Below are positions 1 through 10,439 of a stretch of 64,000 nt of DNA, piece by piece. The notes below the pieces were generated by a model. The model saw only the letters and a program-made list of their open reading frames with translations, searched no databases and was not told the DNA's origin. Where the stretch lies: assembly GCA_963743915.1 (NCBI GenBank), contig CAVURN010000003.1, positions 543,631-607,630 on the forward strand, written 5' to 3'. The translations under genes were made by a program, and so were the position numbers. Numbering within the stretch: the first letter of the stretch is position 1; the number at the start of each line of letters is the position of its first letter. The stretch is from an uncultured Actinomycetota bacterium. Its GTDB lineage: Bacteria > Actinomycetota > Actinomycetes > JAHEKZ01.

Positions 1-322
1 GACCGAGGCGACGGTCTGCTGCACGTGTTCGTCCCGCACGCCACCGCGGGGATCGCGATCCTCGAGACGGGGGCGGGAAGCGACCACGACCTGCTCGCGG
101 CGCTCCGCGACCTGCTTCCCGCGGACGACCGTTGGCACCATCGCCACGGCAGTGCAGGGCACGGCCGCTCGCATGTGCTGCCGGCGTTGGTCGCACCGTT
201 CGCCACGCTGCCCGTCGTCGGCGGTCGCCTGGCACTGGGGACGTGGCAGAGCATCTGCCTGGTCGATCTCAACATCGACAATCGAGGACCGGCAGGTCCG
301 ACTGAGCTTCGTCACCGCATGA
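1..322 (+). CDS. YjbQ/UPF0047 family protein (5'-truncated by window edge; probable frameshift near 3' end)
   Basis: Motifs FVPHATAG, HRHGSAGHGRSHV, LALGTWQSICLVD; alternative frame gives the typical ending RQVRLSFVTA-stop. Confidence 0.85.
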   Translation, partial: TEATVCCTCSSRTPPRGSRSSRRGREATTTCSRRSATCFPRTTVGTIATAVQGTAARMCCRRWSHRSPRCPSSAVAWHWGRGRASAWSISTSTIEDRQVRLSFVTA

Positions 323-335
323 AGGGAGAGCGTCG

Positions 336-899
336 ATGACGGCACGCACGGACGCGGCAGCCAACCACCGCGAGACAGCAGAAGGCTTTGCGCGCCGCGT
401 GCGGGGCGTCACCGCGGGGGGTTGGGACGCTCCGTCCCCCGTCGAGGGCTGGGTCGCGCGCGACGTCGTCCGCCACCTGGTGACCTGGCTCCCCGGATTC
501 CTCGAAGGGGGCAGCGACGTGGTGCTGGCTACCGTTCCCTCGGTCGACGACGACCCGGTGGCTGCGTGGTCGGCGCATGCCGAGCAGGTGCAGACGGTTC
601 TCGACGACCCCGCCACCGACGGGCGCGTCTACACCAGCCAGTTCACCGGTGAGATGCCGCTCGCGCAGGCGATCGACCAGTTCTACACAGCCGACGTCTT
701 CATGCACACCTGGGACCTGGCACGCGCGACAGGACAGGACGAGCGGCTCGACGAGCAACGGTGCAAGGCGATGTACGAAGGCATGCTGCCCCTGGACGAG
801 CTGCTGCGCAGCAGCGGTCAGTTCGGTCCGCGGGTCGATGTCCCCGAGGACGCGTCCTACCAGGACAAGCTGATCGGTTTCATCGGCCGTCAACCCTGA
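336..899 (+). CDS. TIGR03086-like mycothiol-dependent maleylpyruvate isomerase family metal-binding protein
   Basis: WDAPSPVEGWVARDVVRHL and DVFMHTWDLARATG motifs; ends GFIGRQP. Confidence 0.85.
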   Translation: MTARTDAAANHRETAEGFARRVRGVTAGGWDAPSPVEGWVARDVVRHLVTWLPGFLEGGSDVVLATVPSVDDDPVAAWSAHAEQVQTVLDDPATDGRVYTSQFTGEMPLAQAIDQFYTADVFMHTWDLARATGQDERLDEQRCKAMYEGMLPLDELLRSSGQFGPRVDVPEDASYQDKLIGFIGRQP

Positions 900-2156
900 G
901 CGTCAGCCAGCAGCGCGTCGTCCAGGAACCCGGTCACCCGCGACTCCCACTCGTCCGGTGCCGTGGCGAGGCCGCCGGTGTGTCCGGCGCCGTCGACCGT
1001 CCAGACGTCGACGCGGGACGGCGCAGCGGACTCGAGGTAGGTGGCGGCGTGCGACTCGTCCGGCATCTCGCCGGCCGTGATGAGCAGGAAGCGGGCGTCG
1101 GTCGCCTGCTCGACCGTGTCGTGCAGAGCTGCGGGGCGCGGGACGTCCGTGAAGAGCGCCGTGACGAGATCCTGCACCTTCTCGAGCTGCTCCTGGACCG
1201 CGCCGCGGACGCCGTACACGTCGGACAGCCATGACTCGTCCGGCGCCGTGCGCGCCGTCGCTCCTTCGGCAACCACCGCGCGGACGTCGGTGGCGTCGGC
1301 TGCGCCGATGGCCTCCTCGCCGCCCATGGACATCCCCACCAGGCCGATCCGGCCGTCCTCGACGTCGTCGCGTCCGTCCAGGTACGCCGTCGCGGCTGCG
1401 ACGTCGGCGTCGCCGGCCCATCCGAAGTCCATGGCCCGGCCCTCACTCTCGCCATGACCACGCGCGTCCAGCATGAGCACCCCGAAACCGTGCTCGGCCA
1501 GCACGGCCGCCTCGTCGAGGACGTTCGAGCGGGTCGACCCGGCCCCGTGCAGCAGGACCACCGCTGCACCGTTGCGGGACGGCACGTACCAGGCGGCGAG
1601 CGTCACGCCGTCGGCCGTCTGGACGCGGACGTCCTCGTAGCCGAGGTCCGACGCTGGAGGGGCTGGCCCCGATGGCGGGTCGGGGGACGTGCGTGGCCGC
1701 CACCGCGGGTGAGACCACCGAGACGGTCAGCACCAGCGCTGCCAGCACCACGAACCCGGCCAGCACCCGCCGCCAGATCCTCACCCCCGCGGTCGCGCGC
1801 ACCAGGCCGCCGCCGATCAGCAGCAGACCCGCGACCAGCAGCACGGCGGTGGCCGCCTTGACGATGAAGGGGCCGTCCTTGACCAGGTAGGGCCCGAAGC
1901 CGACGGCCGTGGCCACCGTCACGATGCCCACCAGTGTCAGCAGCCACCCGGACCACCGCGGACTCGTGCGCCGTAGGCCGAGGGAGAGCAACCATCCGGA
2001 GGCCAGCCCGAGCAGCGTGAAGGTCACCTGCCAGGCCGCTCCCGCGTCCGAGGCGAGCAGGAACCCCGCAGAGGCGCCAGCGACGAGCAGGGTCGCCTCG
2101 AGCCGACGGGGACGTGTGACGCCGGTCGTCGGGACGTCGAGCACTGCCTGCTGCAC
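890..2156 (-). CDS. Membrane-anchored alpha/beta hydrolase (frameshift near 1645)
   Basis: ORF 1443-2156 gives N-terminal TM helices; ORF 890-1606 gives LLHGAG, DARGHGES and the GMSMGG nucleophile elbow. Confidence 0.8.
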
Positions 2157-2222
2157 ATCTCGAACCTACGGCTGGGGCGCAGGCGGTCGAGCAGGGCCGA
2201 ATGTCACCGCGACGCCTGCGCG

Positions 2223-3636
2223 TCACCGACGCGCGCGAGTCACCCCGGGAAGCAGCGACAGTCCTGGGGTGTGCATGAGGCGTCCACCGATGAGCTGACC
2301 GAGCAGGACGCCGGCCGCCAGCGCGATGGCGATGGAGGCCGCTTCGACCAGCGAGGCGATGCCCTTGTCGGGCTGGTCCTGGCTCAGCGCGTAGCAGACC
2401 CTGGTAGACGGCGAGCCCGGGGAGCAGGGGGATGATCCCGGGCACCGTGACGAGCACCGGGGGAACGCGCATGCGGGCGCCGAAGAAGCGGCTGGCGACG
2501 CCGATGGCGATCGCGGGGACGGCTGTGGCGGCGCCCGGGCTGTCCAGCCATTCGCTGACCGTCAGGAACACGACGAAACCGAGACCGGCGATCACCCCGC
2601 CGACGATCGCCAGGCGCCAGGGCGACTGGTACGTGATCGCGGCTGCCAGAGCCGCGACGCCCGCAGCGATGGCAGCCGCGGTGACGGTGGACGCGCTCGC
2701 GTCGGGTCGGACGGTCGCCGCCATCGTCACGTCGAGCTCGGCGGCAATGGTCAGGCCGAGGAGGATGCCCGACACGATGCCGATCGTCGCGAAGGTCAGC
2801 TCGACGGTGCGCGCCGCCGCGGTGACGGCGAAGGATCCGATCGCCTCCTGGGCGGCCACCATCAGGCTCATGCCGGGGAGCAGTCCGATGATGCCGCCGA
2901 CGATGACCAGTGACGCCTTCACCTTCAGGTCGCCCTGCTCGTCCTCCAGTGCGGTGACACCGACGGCGATCATGACCGACGAGAGAGCCAGCACCAGGTT
3001 GATGAAGAACGTGGCGACCTTGCGGTGCGCCAGTCGGTTGCCGATGAACCCGGTGGTGCTCGCCGCGGCGAACGCGACGGCGGCGGTGAGGGCGTTCCCT
3101 CCCAGCATGACGGTGATGGCCGCGGACAGGGCGCCGAAGGCGATCACGACGAACCACCGCGGGTACGGACGGCGCAGGTGCTCGATGTCGCTCAGCCGCC
3201 GCTCGACGTCGCTGGGCGGAATGCGTCCCTCCGCGAGGTCGAGCACGAGCTGGTGTGCAGCAGCGACACGTGCGTAGTGCGTCGAGCGTCCCCGGACGAC
3301 GCGCATGTCGGTCAGTCCCGGACGGTCGTTGCCGGGGGCGACGCTGATGACGATCGATCCGTACGTGATGTCGACCTCGAAGGTGCCGAGGCCGACGGCG
3401 GTGCCGACGGCGAAGATCGCCGCCTCGACGTCCTCGGTGGGTGCGCCTCCTGCGAGCAGCAGGGTCCCGACCCGCAGCGCGAGCGATACACCGTGGTCGA
3501 CGGCGGCCAGCTCGGCGTCCTCGCTGGGGCCGCGCCGCGGGTAGACCGCGCGGGTCGGCGTCCGGACGACGGGGATCGGGGCCGTCTCCCCTCGCCAGAG
3601 GGCGGTGCGCCAGCGCGAGGGGGTGGGTTCGGTCAC
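2223..3636 (-). CDS. Threonine/serine exporter, ThrE family (frameshift near 2390)
   Basis: LRVGTLLLAGGAPTEDVE, GGIIGLLPG and PGIIPLLPGLAVYQG motifs; many TM segments. Confidence 0.85.
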
Positions 3637-3699
3637 CCCGCCAGTATCCCGCGGGCACACTCGCCGGGTGTCCCGCTTCGGTGTCGCGCTCGGCGGGCT

Positions 3700-4699
3700 C
3701 TACGGGACCAGGACGGCGGCTCCGTCGACGCGGTCCGCTGCGAGGTCGGCGAGCGCCCGGTCCGCCGCGTCGAGCGGGTACACCTGGTGGTGCACCTGCA
3801 GCGACAGGGACGCGGCGGCGCGCAGGAACTCCTCGCCGTCGGCTCGCGTGTTCGCGGTGACCGACCGCAGCACCCGCTCCCGGAACAGGTGCTTCTGGTA
3901 GTCGAGCGGCGGGATGTCGGACAGGTGGATGCCGGCGACGGCCAGCGTCCCGGCGTCGTCGAGGGCGGCAAGTGCGGCGGGCACGATCTCACCGGCCGGC
4001 GCGAAGATGATCGCCGCGTCGAGGCGCTCGGGGGGAGCGTCGTACGTGTCACCGGCGCTCGCGCAGCCCAGGGAGAGCGCCAGCGCCCGGGCCTCGGGCG
4101 ACCGCGTCATGACGTGCACCGTCGCCCCCTGCTGCATCGCCACCTGCGCGGTGAGGTGGGCGGAGGCGCCGAACCCGTAGATGCCGAGCCGCCCGCCCTC
4201 GGGCAGCGACGCCATCCGCAGGGCCCGGTACCCGATGATCCCGGCGCACAGCAGCGGTGCGGCGTGCACGTCGCTCCACTGCTCCGGGATGCGGTACGCG
4301 AACGCCTCGGGGACCACCGCCTGGTCTGCGTAGCCGCCGTCGGCGTCCCACCCGGTGAAGGTCGCCTCCGGGCACAGGTTCTCCAGGCCGCGCCGGCACC
4401 AACGGCACCTGCCGCAGGTGTGGCGGAGCCAGGCGATCCCGACCCGGTCGCCGACCGCCAGCCGCATCGGTGCCCGGGCCGACCCGGCTCACCGTCCCGA
4501 CCACCTCGTGCCCCGGCACCGTGCGGGGACGGTGCGGGGCGAGGTCGCCCTCGGCCAGGTGCAGGTCGGTCCGGCAGACGCCGCACGCCCGGACGTCCAC
4601 GACCACCTCACCGGGGCCGGGCTCAGGGTCGGGCAGGTCGACGAGCCGCAGTGGCCCGGACGCCATCGGCCCCGGCTCCAGCACCACCCATGCCCGCAC
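3700..4699 (-). CDS. Zinc-dependent alcohol dehydrogenase family protein (frameshift near 4470)
   Basis: [37 protein letters not shown] and GFGASAH motifs. Confidence 0.9.
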
Positions 4700-4786
4700 G
4701 GCGTCAGCCTGCCGTGCGGACGGGGCCGGGGCCAAGGGTCGATCGGCCCGGCGGCCCGTTCACCCCGGCCCGCGTGACCTGCCGTT

Positions 4787-4806
4787 GTTCACCTTCCGTT
4801 CACCTG
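4787..4806 (+). promoter_or_regulatory. PHO box (PhoP/RegX3-type direct repeat) upstream of pit
   Basis: GTTCACC-TTCC-GTTCACC with 11-nt period; 19 nt identical to the site upstream of pstS. Confidence 0.75.
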
Positions 4807-4889
4807 GTGGTCGCCTGGCGGACGGCGCGGTCGATCAAGATTTCCGCGCAGTTCACGGGCCACAAGCCCCCGAACATCTGAGGACCAGG

Positions 4890-6068
4890 GTGGACCCTCT
4901 GCTGTTGGCCGTCATCGCCGTCGTTGCGCTTGCCTTGGTGTTCGACTTCACCAACGGGTTCCATGACGCCGCCAACTCGGTCGCCACGGTGGTGGCGACG
5001 AGGGCCCTCAAACCGAAGGCGGCTGTCGCCTTCTCCGCCTTCTTCAACTTCGCCGCGTACTTCATCGTCGGCACGGCGGTCGCCAACACCGTCAGCAAGT
5101 TCGTCGACGCCGAGTACGCCGGCGTCGCCGTGGTGTTCGCGGCGCTCATCGGCGCCATCACGTGGAACTACCTCACGTGGTGGATCGGCATGCCGTCATC
5201 GTCCAGCCATGCGCTGATCGGCGGACTCGTCGGCGCGGGGCTCTCCGTCGGATGGATCGACGCGATCGCGTGGTCAGAGGTCGAGAAGGCGGTCATCGCC
5301 ATCTTCGTGTCACCACTGGTCGCCTTCACGATCGCCTTCGTCGCGATGTACCTGGTGGCGCTGCTGCAGAAGCTGACCGGGTGGCACGACAACGCCAAGC
5401 CGTTCAAGTACCTGCAGGTGGTGTCGGCGGCCGCCGTCTCGTTCGGGCACGGAGCCAACGACGCGCAGAAGACCATGGGAGTGATCGCCGCCCTCCTGGC
5501 CGGAGCCGGCTACACGACGGTCGGCGGCGACGGCACCGTCCCGGTGCCCGAGTGGGTGGCGCTCGCCGCCTACGCCGCCATCGCCCTGGGAACGTTCTGG
5601 GGCGGCTGGAAGATCATCGAGACGATGGGTCTGCGCATCACGACGTTGCACGCCAGCTCCGGCGTTGCGGCCAACGTGGGTGCCACCGCCTCCATCTTCG
5701 GAGCCACCGATCTGGGGATCCCCATCTCGACCACCCACGCCGCCGGGTCGTCGGTGATGGGCGCAGGGGTGGCGTCCGGCCGTGGCATCAACCTCAAGGT
5801 GGTCGGCGAGATGCTGCTGGCCTGGGTCGTGACGATCCCGGTGACCAGCGTGATCGCGTTCCTGGTCTTCAAGCTGACGCAGCTTCCCACGCCAGCCGCA
5901 TGGGTGTCGGTCACCGCGCTGCTGTTCGTGCTCGGTGGCGCGATCGCCTACGCCATGACGCATGCGGTGGGAGCCGACGACGTCGAGCAGGAGATCCCCG
6001 ACGAGCAGGATCTCGCGGAGCACATCCCCGCGATCCCGCACATCGAGGGCCACGGTCCGGCCGCCTGA
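4890..6068 (+). CDS. pit: Inorganic phosphate transporter, PiT family
   Basis: FDFTNGFHDAANSVAT, GMPSSSSHALIGG, HGANDAQKTMG and GIPISTTH signatures; AGGA RBS before the GTG. Confidence 0.92.
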   Translation: MDPLLLAVIAVVALALVFDFTNGFHDAANSVATVVATRALKPKAAVAFSAFFNFAAYFIVGTAVANTVSKFVDAEYAGVAVVFAALIGAITWNYLTWWIGMPSSSSHALIGGLVGAGLSVGWIDAIAWSEVEKAVIAIFVSPLVAFTIAFVAMYLVALLQKLTGWHDNAKPFKYLQVVSAAAVSFGHGANDAQKTMGVIAALLAGAGYTTVGGDGTVPVPEWVALAAYAAIALGTFWGGWKIIETMGLRITTLHASSGVAANVGATASIFGATDLGIPISTTHAAGSSVMGAGVASGRGINLKVVGEMLLAWVVTIPVTSVIAFLVFKLTQLPTPAAWVSVTALLFVLGGAIAYAMTHAVGADDVEQEIPDEQDLAEHIPAIPHIEGHGPAA

Positions 6069-6076
6069 CCCTCGGC

Positions 6077-6139
6077 TGTTGATCTGAGCGCGGGGGCAGA
6101 CCCGCCGGGTGTTTCTGCCCCCAGGCTCAAGATCAACTG
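6077..6139. terminator. Long imperfect hairpin between convergent genes (terminator or REP-like)
   Basis: GTTGATCT..GGGGGCAGA / TCTGCCCCC..AGATCAAC inverted repeat. Confidence 0.55.
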
Positions 6140-6164
6140 CGGTCAGGCGAGGCGCAGCAGCGGA

Positions 6165-7055
6165 TCAGGGGACGCGGACGGTCAGCGCGTCCTCGCGGAG
6201 CCGCACGATGAATCCGTGGCCCTCCTCGATCAGGTCCCCGTCGATCTGCCGCGGACGCGCCCGGTGCGTCGTCACCACGACCTTGCGTCCCTGCAGCACC
6301 GTGCGTGAGGGGTCGTCGTCGCCGGTGTTGCCGCGCAGCAGCCCCCAGGACGAGCGGGCGTAGTCGACGGCAGTCGTGGGATCGAACACCAGCACCTCCA
6401 TCTGCCCGTCATCCGGCTCGGACTCCGGCAGCAGGGACACCCCGCCGACCAGCTTGCCGACGTTGGCGATGAGGCAGGTGCGGGCCAGGTAGCTGTGCTC
6501 GGGTCCGTCGTCCACCTGCACGCGCAGGCGCAGCGGGTGGTCGCGAACGGTCCGGGCGGCCTGGACGGCGTAGGCCGCCCAGCCCATGCGGGCCTTGACC
6601 GCCTCGCTGACGTCCATCATCGCCGCGTCCCACCCCATGCCGCACATGACGAGCGACACGGTGCGGCGACCCTGACCGAGGGAGACGTCGAGCACGTCGA
6701 TGACGCGGTCCGAACCACCGAACGCGACCCCGATCGCCTCGGTGACCTCGAGCGGGACGTCCAGGTTCCGGGCGAGCAGGTTGCCGGTCCCGAGCGGCAG
6801 CAGTCCGAGCGGGGTCTTCGTTCCGCTCAGTGCTGTGGCCACGGCGCGCACGGTGCCGTCACCGCCTGCGGCAAGCACGAGCGAGGCGCCCTCGGCGACG
6901 GCGGTGGCGGCCTGGGCGGTGCCTGGCTCCTCGGCGGTGGTCTCGACCCACTGCAGCTCGCCGAGCTCGTACTGCTCAGCAGCGGTGACCAGCCGTGCCC
7001 GAAGTCCGTCGCGATCGTTGACCTTCGTCGGGTTCACGATGGCGACGACGGACAT
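6165..7055 (-). CDS. Diacylglycerol/lipid kinase family protein
   Basis: IVNP, AAGGDGTV, LPLGTGNLLARNL and QIDGD motifs. Confidence 0.9.
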   Translation of the reverse strand: MSVVAIVNPTKVNDRDGLRARLVTAAEQYELGELQWVETTAEEPGTAQAATAVAEGASLVLAAGGDGTVRAVATALSGTKTPLGLLPLGTGNLLARNLDVPLEVTEAIGVAFGGSDRVIDVLDVSLGQGRRTVSLVMCGMGWDAAMMDVSEAVKARMGWAAYAVQAARTVRDHPLRLRVQVDDGPEHSYLARTCLIANVGKLVGGVSLLPESEPDDGQMEVLVFDPTTAVDYARSSWGLLRGNTGDDDPSRTVLQGRKVVVTTHRARPRQIDGDLIEEGHGFIVRLREDALTVRVP

Positions 7056-7120
7056 GCGCCGACCGTACCGGGCGGCTCCACGACCGCATGCTCTGGCCGG
7101 GTGGGTGCGAGAGTGGTCCC

Positions 7121-7633
7121 GTGCGCGTGCGAACCCCCCTCGGCCGGCTCCCGGCGTTCGTCGTCATCGCGGCCAACGCAGCGTTCTGGCCCGCGTGGAC
7201 GGCCGCCGTCGGCTGGGCGGCGCAGCGGACCCCGGACCGGCGCTTCTCGTCCGACGACGCGGTCACCCGGGAACGTTCCTTCGAACGCGGCGGCCGCTGG
7301 TACCGCGAGGAGTGGCAGATCGAGCGGTGGAAAGGCGCCCTTCCCGAAGCCGGACGTGCGTTCGGCGGGTTCGAGAAGCGTTCGGTGGCGCAGGGCGACG
7401 TCGAGGTGATGGAACAGTTCCTGATCGAGACGCGGCGGGCCGAGCACGCGCACTGGGGCATGGTCGCCGGAGTGGCGGTGACGCTGCTGTGGAACCCGTG
7501 GTGGGCGACACCGGCCAACGTCGCAGTCGCGGTGGGCAGCAACGTCCCCTGCATCGCCGTGCAGCGCTACAACCGGGCGCGCCTGCGTCGCGCGATCGTC
7601 GCGGTGCGACGCCGCGCTACATCTGCTCGATGA
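7121..7633 (+). CDS. CrtO-like (glycosyl-4,4'-diaponeurosporenoate acyltransferase family) protein
   Basis: ETRRAEHAHW and NVPCIAVQRYNRARL motifs typical of the family. Confidence 0.75.
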   Translation: MRVRTPLGRLPAFVVIAANAAFWPAWTAAVGWAAQRTPDRRFSSDDAVTRERSFERGGRWYREEWQIERWKGALPEAGRAFGGFEKRSVAQGDVEVMEQFLIETRRAEHAHWGMVAGVAVTLLWNPWWATPANVAVAVGSNVPCIAVQRYNRARLRRAIVAVRRRATSAR

Positions 7634-8381
7634 GGTCCCGCGGGCCCACCACGATCACCGGATCGAGGTCAGGGTCGAGCCACTGCAGCACCTGACGCAT
7701 CCGGGCGCGCGAGATGGAGATGCACCCGGCGGTGGCGTCCGTGCCGTTCACGTGCAGGAAGATGCCACCGCCTGCTCGCGTGTCCGCGGTCTCCAGAGCG
7801 ATGCGCTGGCCGTTCCGCCACCGCAGCGCGGCGGGCAGGTTGTAGTCGAGCACCACCGCGAAGCGGTACTGCTTGCGGTAGGACGCCAGACGCTCGGCCC
7901 AGTCGGTGCGCCACTGGGCGTGCCGGGGTCGCCACGGCTGCAGGACGTTGTACGTCTTGGGGTCCGACGGGTCGTACGGCCACCAGTCGTTGGCGTCGAC
8001 CCGGCGGTACGGCAGCTCGACGCCGCCAGGCTTGGCCAGGCCGAACCCGCGCAGCAGGGCGAACGTCCCGGCCGGGGTGGTCCCGGTGCTCTGCAGGCGG
8101 TCCTCCGCGGCTCGCATTCCGTTCCAGCCCACCCGCGCCGGCACCGGTGCCATCACCTGCACCCAGGCACCGCCCGTCGTCCGGCGCCAGGTCTGCAGCC
8201 TGGCGTAGCTGGTCTGCCAGCCGCTGGAGGTGACCACCACGACCTGGCGGGCGTCACCGACGTTCGCGAGGCGTGCGGGCAGTGGCGCACCGGCAGCTCC
8301 TGCCGGCGCCGCTCCACCCAGCGCTCCGGCCACCACGGCGGCCGCTGCCAGGGTCGCGAGGGCGGCGACGAGTCGTCTCAT
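7617..8381 (-). CDS. Secreted L,D-transpeptidase (YkuD)-like protein
   Basis: Signal peptide; TTPAGTF and GGGIFLHVNGTDATAGCIS catalytic His/Cys motif. Confidence 0.85.
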   Translation of the reverse strand: MRRLVAALATLAAAAVVAGALGGAAPAGAAGAPLPARLANVGDARQVVVVTSSGWQTSYARLQTWRRTTGGAWVQVMAPVPARVGWNGMRAAEDRLQSTGTTPAGTFALLRGFGLAKPGGVELPYRRVDANDWWPYDPSDPKTYNVLQPWRPRHAQWRTDWAERLASYRKQYRFAVVLDYNLPAALRWRNGQRIALETADTRAGGGIFLHVNGTDATAGCISISRARMRQVLQWLDPDLDPVIVVGPRDLIEQM

Positions 8382-8471
8382 CCCCCCAGTATCGGTCGGT
8401 GGGGCGGGGCGGCTTGAACCCCGGGACCGGCCTGGTGACCACGGAGCGCGCCGGCGTGCGAACCTGGGCCC

Positions 8472-8933
8472 GTGCGCGGACGCCTCTTCGTGACGGTCCA
8501 GACGATGCTCCTGGTGGTCCTGGGGCTGTCGCCCTTCTGGGCCCGGGAGCCTGACGTACCGCTGGTCGTCACGCTGGCGGGGGCACTCGTCCTGCTGGCC
8601 GGGCTGGTGGTGTCCGCGCTCGCTCTGCGGAACCTCGGCGACGCCCTGACCCCGCTGCCGGAGCCACGCCCTGACGCCGCGTTGGTGGTCACGGGCCTCT
8701 ACCGGTGGGTCCGGCACCCGATCTACACGGGGGTCCTCACCACGGCGGTCGGCTGGACGCTGATCCTTCCGTCGTGGTGGACGGCTGGTGTCACCGTCGC
8801 TCTCGTCCTCCTCTTCACGTTGAAGAGCCGCTACGAGGAGTCGCTGCTGCGCGAGCGGTACGTCGGGTACGCCGACTACGCCAGGCGCACGCCGCGCTTC
8901 GTCCCGCGTCCGCGTCGTCCGCTATCGCTGTAG
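8472..8933 (+). CDS. Isoprenylcysteine carboxyl methyltransferase (ICMT/PEMT) family membrane protein
   Basis: LVVTGLYRWVRHPIY, EESLL..Y..Y and TPRFVP motifs. Confidence 0.88.
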   Translation: MRGRLFVTVQTMLLVVLGLSPFWAREPDVPLVVTLAGALVLLAGLVVSALALRNLGDALTPLPEPRPDAALVVTGLYRWVRHPIYTGVLTTAVGWTLILPSWWTAGVTVALVLLFTLKSRYEESLLRERYVGYADYARRTPRFVPRPRRPLSL

Positions 8934-10439
8934 GCGGCCTGTAGCCGCGGCGAAGGCCAGCACCGATCGTGGGGCGAACGGTGCGCGCCACATGCCGCCA
9001 TGCATGGCGCCGGCGGCGAGCAGGTCCATGCAGGAGTCGACCGGGACGGCGGGGTTGGCGAGCGATGCGTCGTTGCGCAGGTCGTGGACCAGCAGGGCGG
9101 CCATCACCTGTCGGCTGGCTGCCGGGGAGAACACGTGCAATCCGAACCGGTGTGCGCCCCCGTACGCCGAGGCGATCAACGGATTGCTGACGACCGAGCG
9201 TGAGCGGGTGGCCGGAGCGACGTTGATCGAGACACGGACGCCTTGCGCCCGGGCCCGCGCGGCACGCCACCGCTGCACCCGTTTGGCCAGGGCGTAGTTG
9301 GGCCCCTGCTGCGTGATGAGTGCATCCATCAGCCCGTACCGCTGTCCGGTCGGCAGCGTCTCGATGCCGTCGTACGCGGGTCGGAAGATGCGGCGTCCGC
9401 CGAGCTCGCGGGCGATCGACACCATGACGGTCGACTCCGCGTAGCGCCGGCGCGACAGCTCGACCGCGTCGCTCGGGACGGCGTACACGTCGGTGGGGGT
9501 CGCCAGGTAGGCGAGGCTGATGTCGGACCGCCGGTCGAGCAGGTGGGCGATCACCGCGTCCACCGCCGCCGTGGTGCGCACGTGCGTCGAGCCCGAGGCG
9601 TAGACGTAGTCACCGATGACGAGGGGGCCGGGCAGGTGTGCGAGCCACTCGGCGATCTCAGGCGCCTCGTTGATCACGTCGGTGCCGGCCTTGGCGGCGA
9701 CGGCGGCGTCCCTGGCGTCCGGGTCGATGCCCCCGCGCACGGGCACGGTCAGGCGTCCGGGCGATCGCCGGGCCTGCTCGATGAGGGGACGCCACAGGTG
9801 CGGTCCCGGCAGGTCGACCGCCACGACATGGGCCCCCCACCGCAGCAGCGGCGCGAGCGGCCCCATCTCAGACGCGGCACCGAGCACGACGACCGTGGTG
9901 TCGGACAGGTCGAGCCACTCCGGGTGCGCTGCGACGGTGCGGAGAGCCTCGATCGCCGACGGCTCGCCGACCGCCTCGGCCTCCCAGCGGTCGAGCAGGC
10001 GCAGCGCGTCGTCGCCGGCGACGCGCGTCTCGTCGTCGACCAGGGTGAACGTGGTGTCGGGCAGGCCCTGGCCACGTACCCGGTGACCGGACAGGTAGTG
10101 GGTGCGCGGCACCTCGAGGGCTTCGGTGATCGAGCCCTCCGCGCCCTGGCGTCGGAAACGCATCTCGGAGTGGAAGGCGGTCAGGCCATCGGTGGCGATG
10201 AGACCAACGTGCCCGCCGGCCGACAACCGGGTCATCTCGCGGAAGTGCTTCGGGTAGTGGCGGTACCAGTGGGACTCGTCGCGGGCCGCGTCGCTCGCGG
10301 CGGTGTCGACCCGACCCGTCGAGGCAGCCACCACACGCCGACCGACCGGCTGGGTGGCCCGCTCGCTGCCGGTGAGCGGGAACACCACACCCGCATGGGA
10401 CGCGGGGGTGTTCGCCGGCTCCCGGCTGCGACGCCTCAC
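8922..10439 (-). CDS. Conserved hypothetical protein with Rossmann-like motif
   Basis: 505-aa ORF with VVVLGAASEMGP, LAYLATPTD and QQGPNYALAKR; function not assignable. Confidence 0.7.
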   Translation of the reverse strand: MRRRSREPANTPASHAGVVFPLTGSERATQPVGRRVVAASTGRVDTAASDAARDESHWYRHYPKHFREMTRLSAGGHVGLIATDGLTAFHSEMRFRRQGAEGSITEALEVPRTHYLSGHRVRGQGLPDTTFTLVDDETRVAGDDALRLLDRWEAEAVGEPSAIEALRTVAAHPEWLDLSDTTVVVLGAASEMGPLAPLLRWGAHVVAVDLPGPHLWRPLIEQARRSPGRLTVPVRGGIDPDARDAAVAAKAGTDVINEAPEIAEWLAHLPGPLVIGDYVYASGSTHVRTTAAVDAVIAHLLDRRSDISLAYLATPTDVYAVPSDAVELSRRRYAESTVMVSIARELGGRRIFRPAYDGIETLPTGQRYGLMDALITQQGPNYALAKRVQRWRAARARAQGVRVSINVAPATRSRSVVSNPLIASAYGGAHRFGLHVFSPAASRQVMAALLVHDLRNDASLANPAVPVDSCMDLLAAGAMHGGMWRAPFAPRSVLAFAAATGRLQR

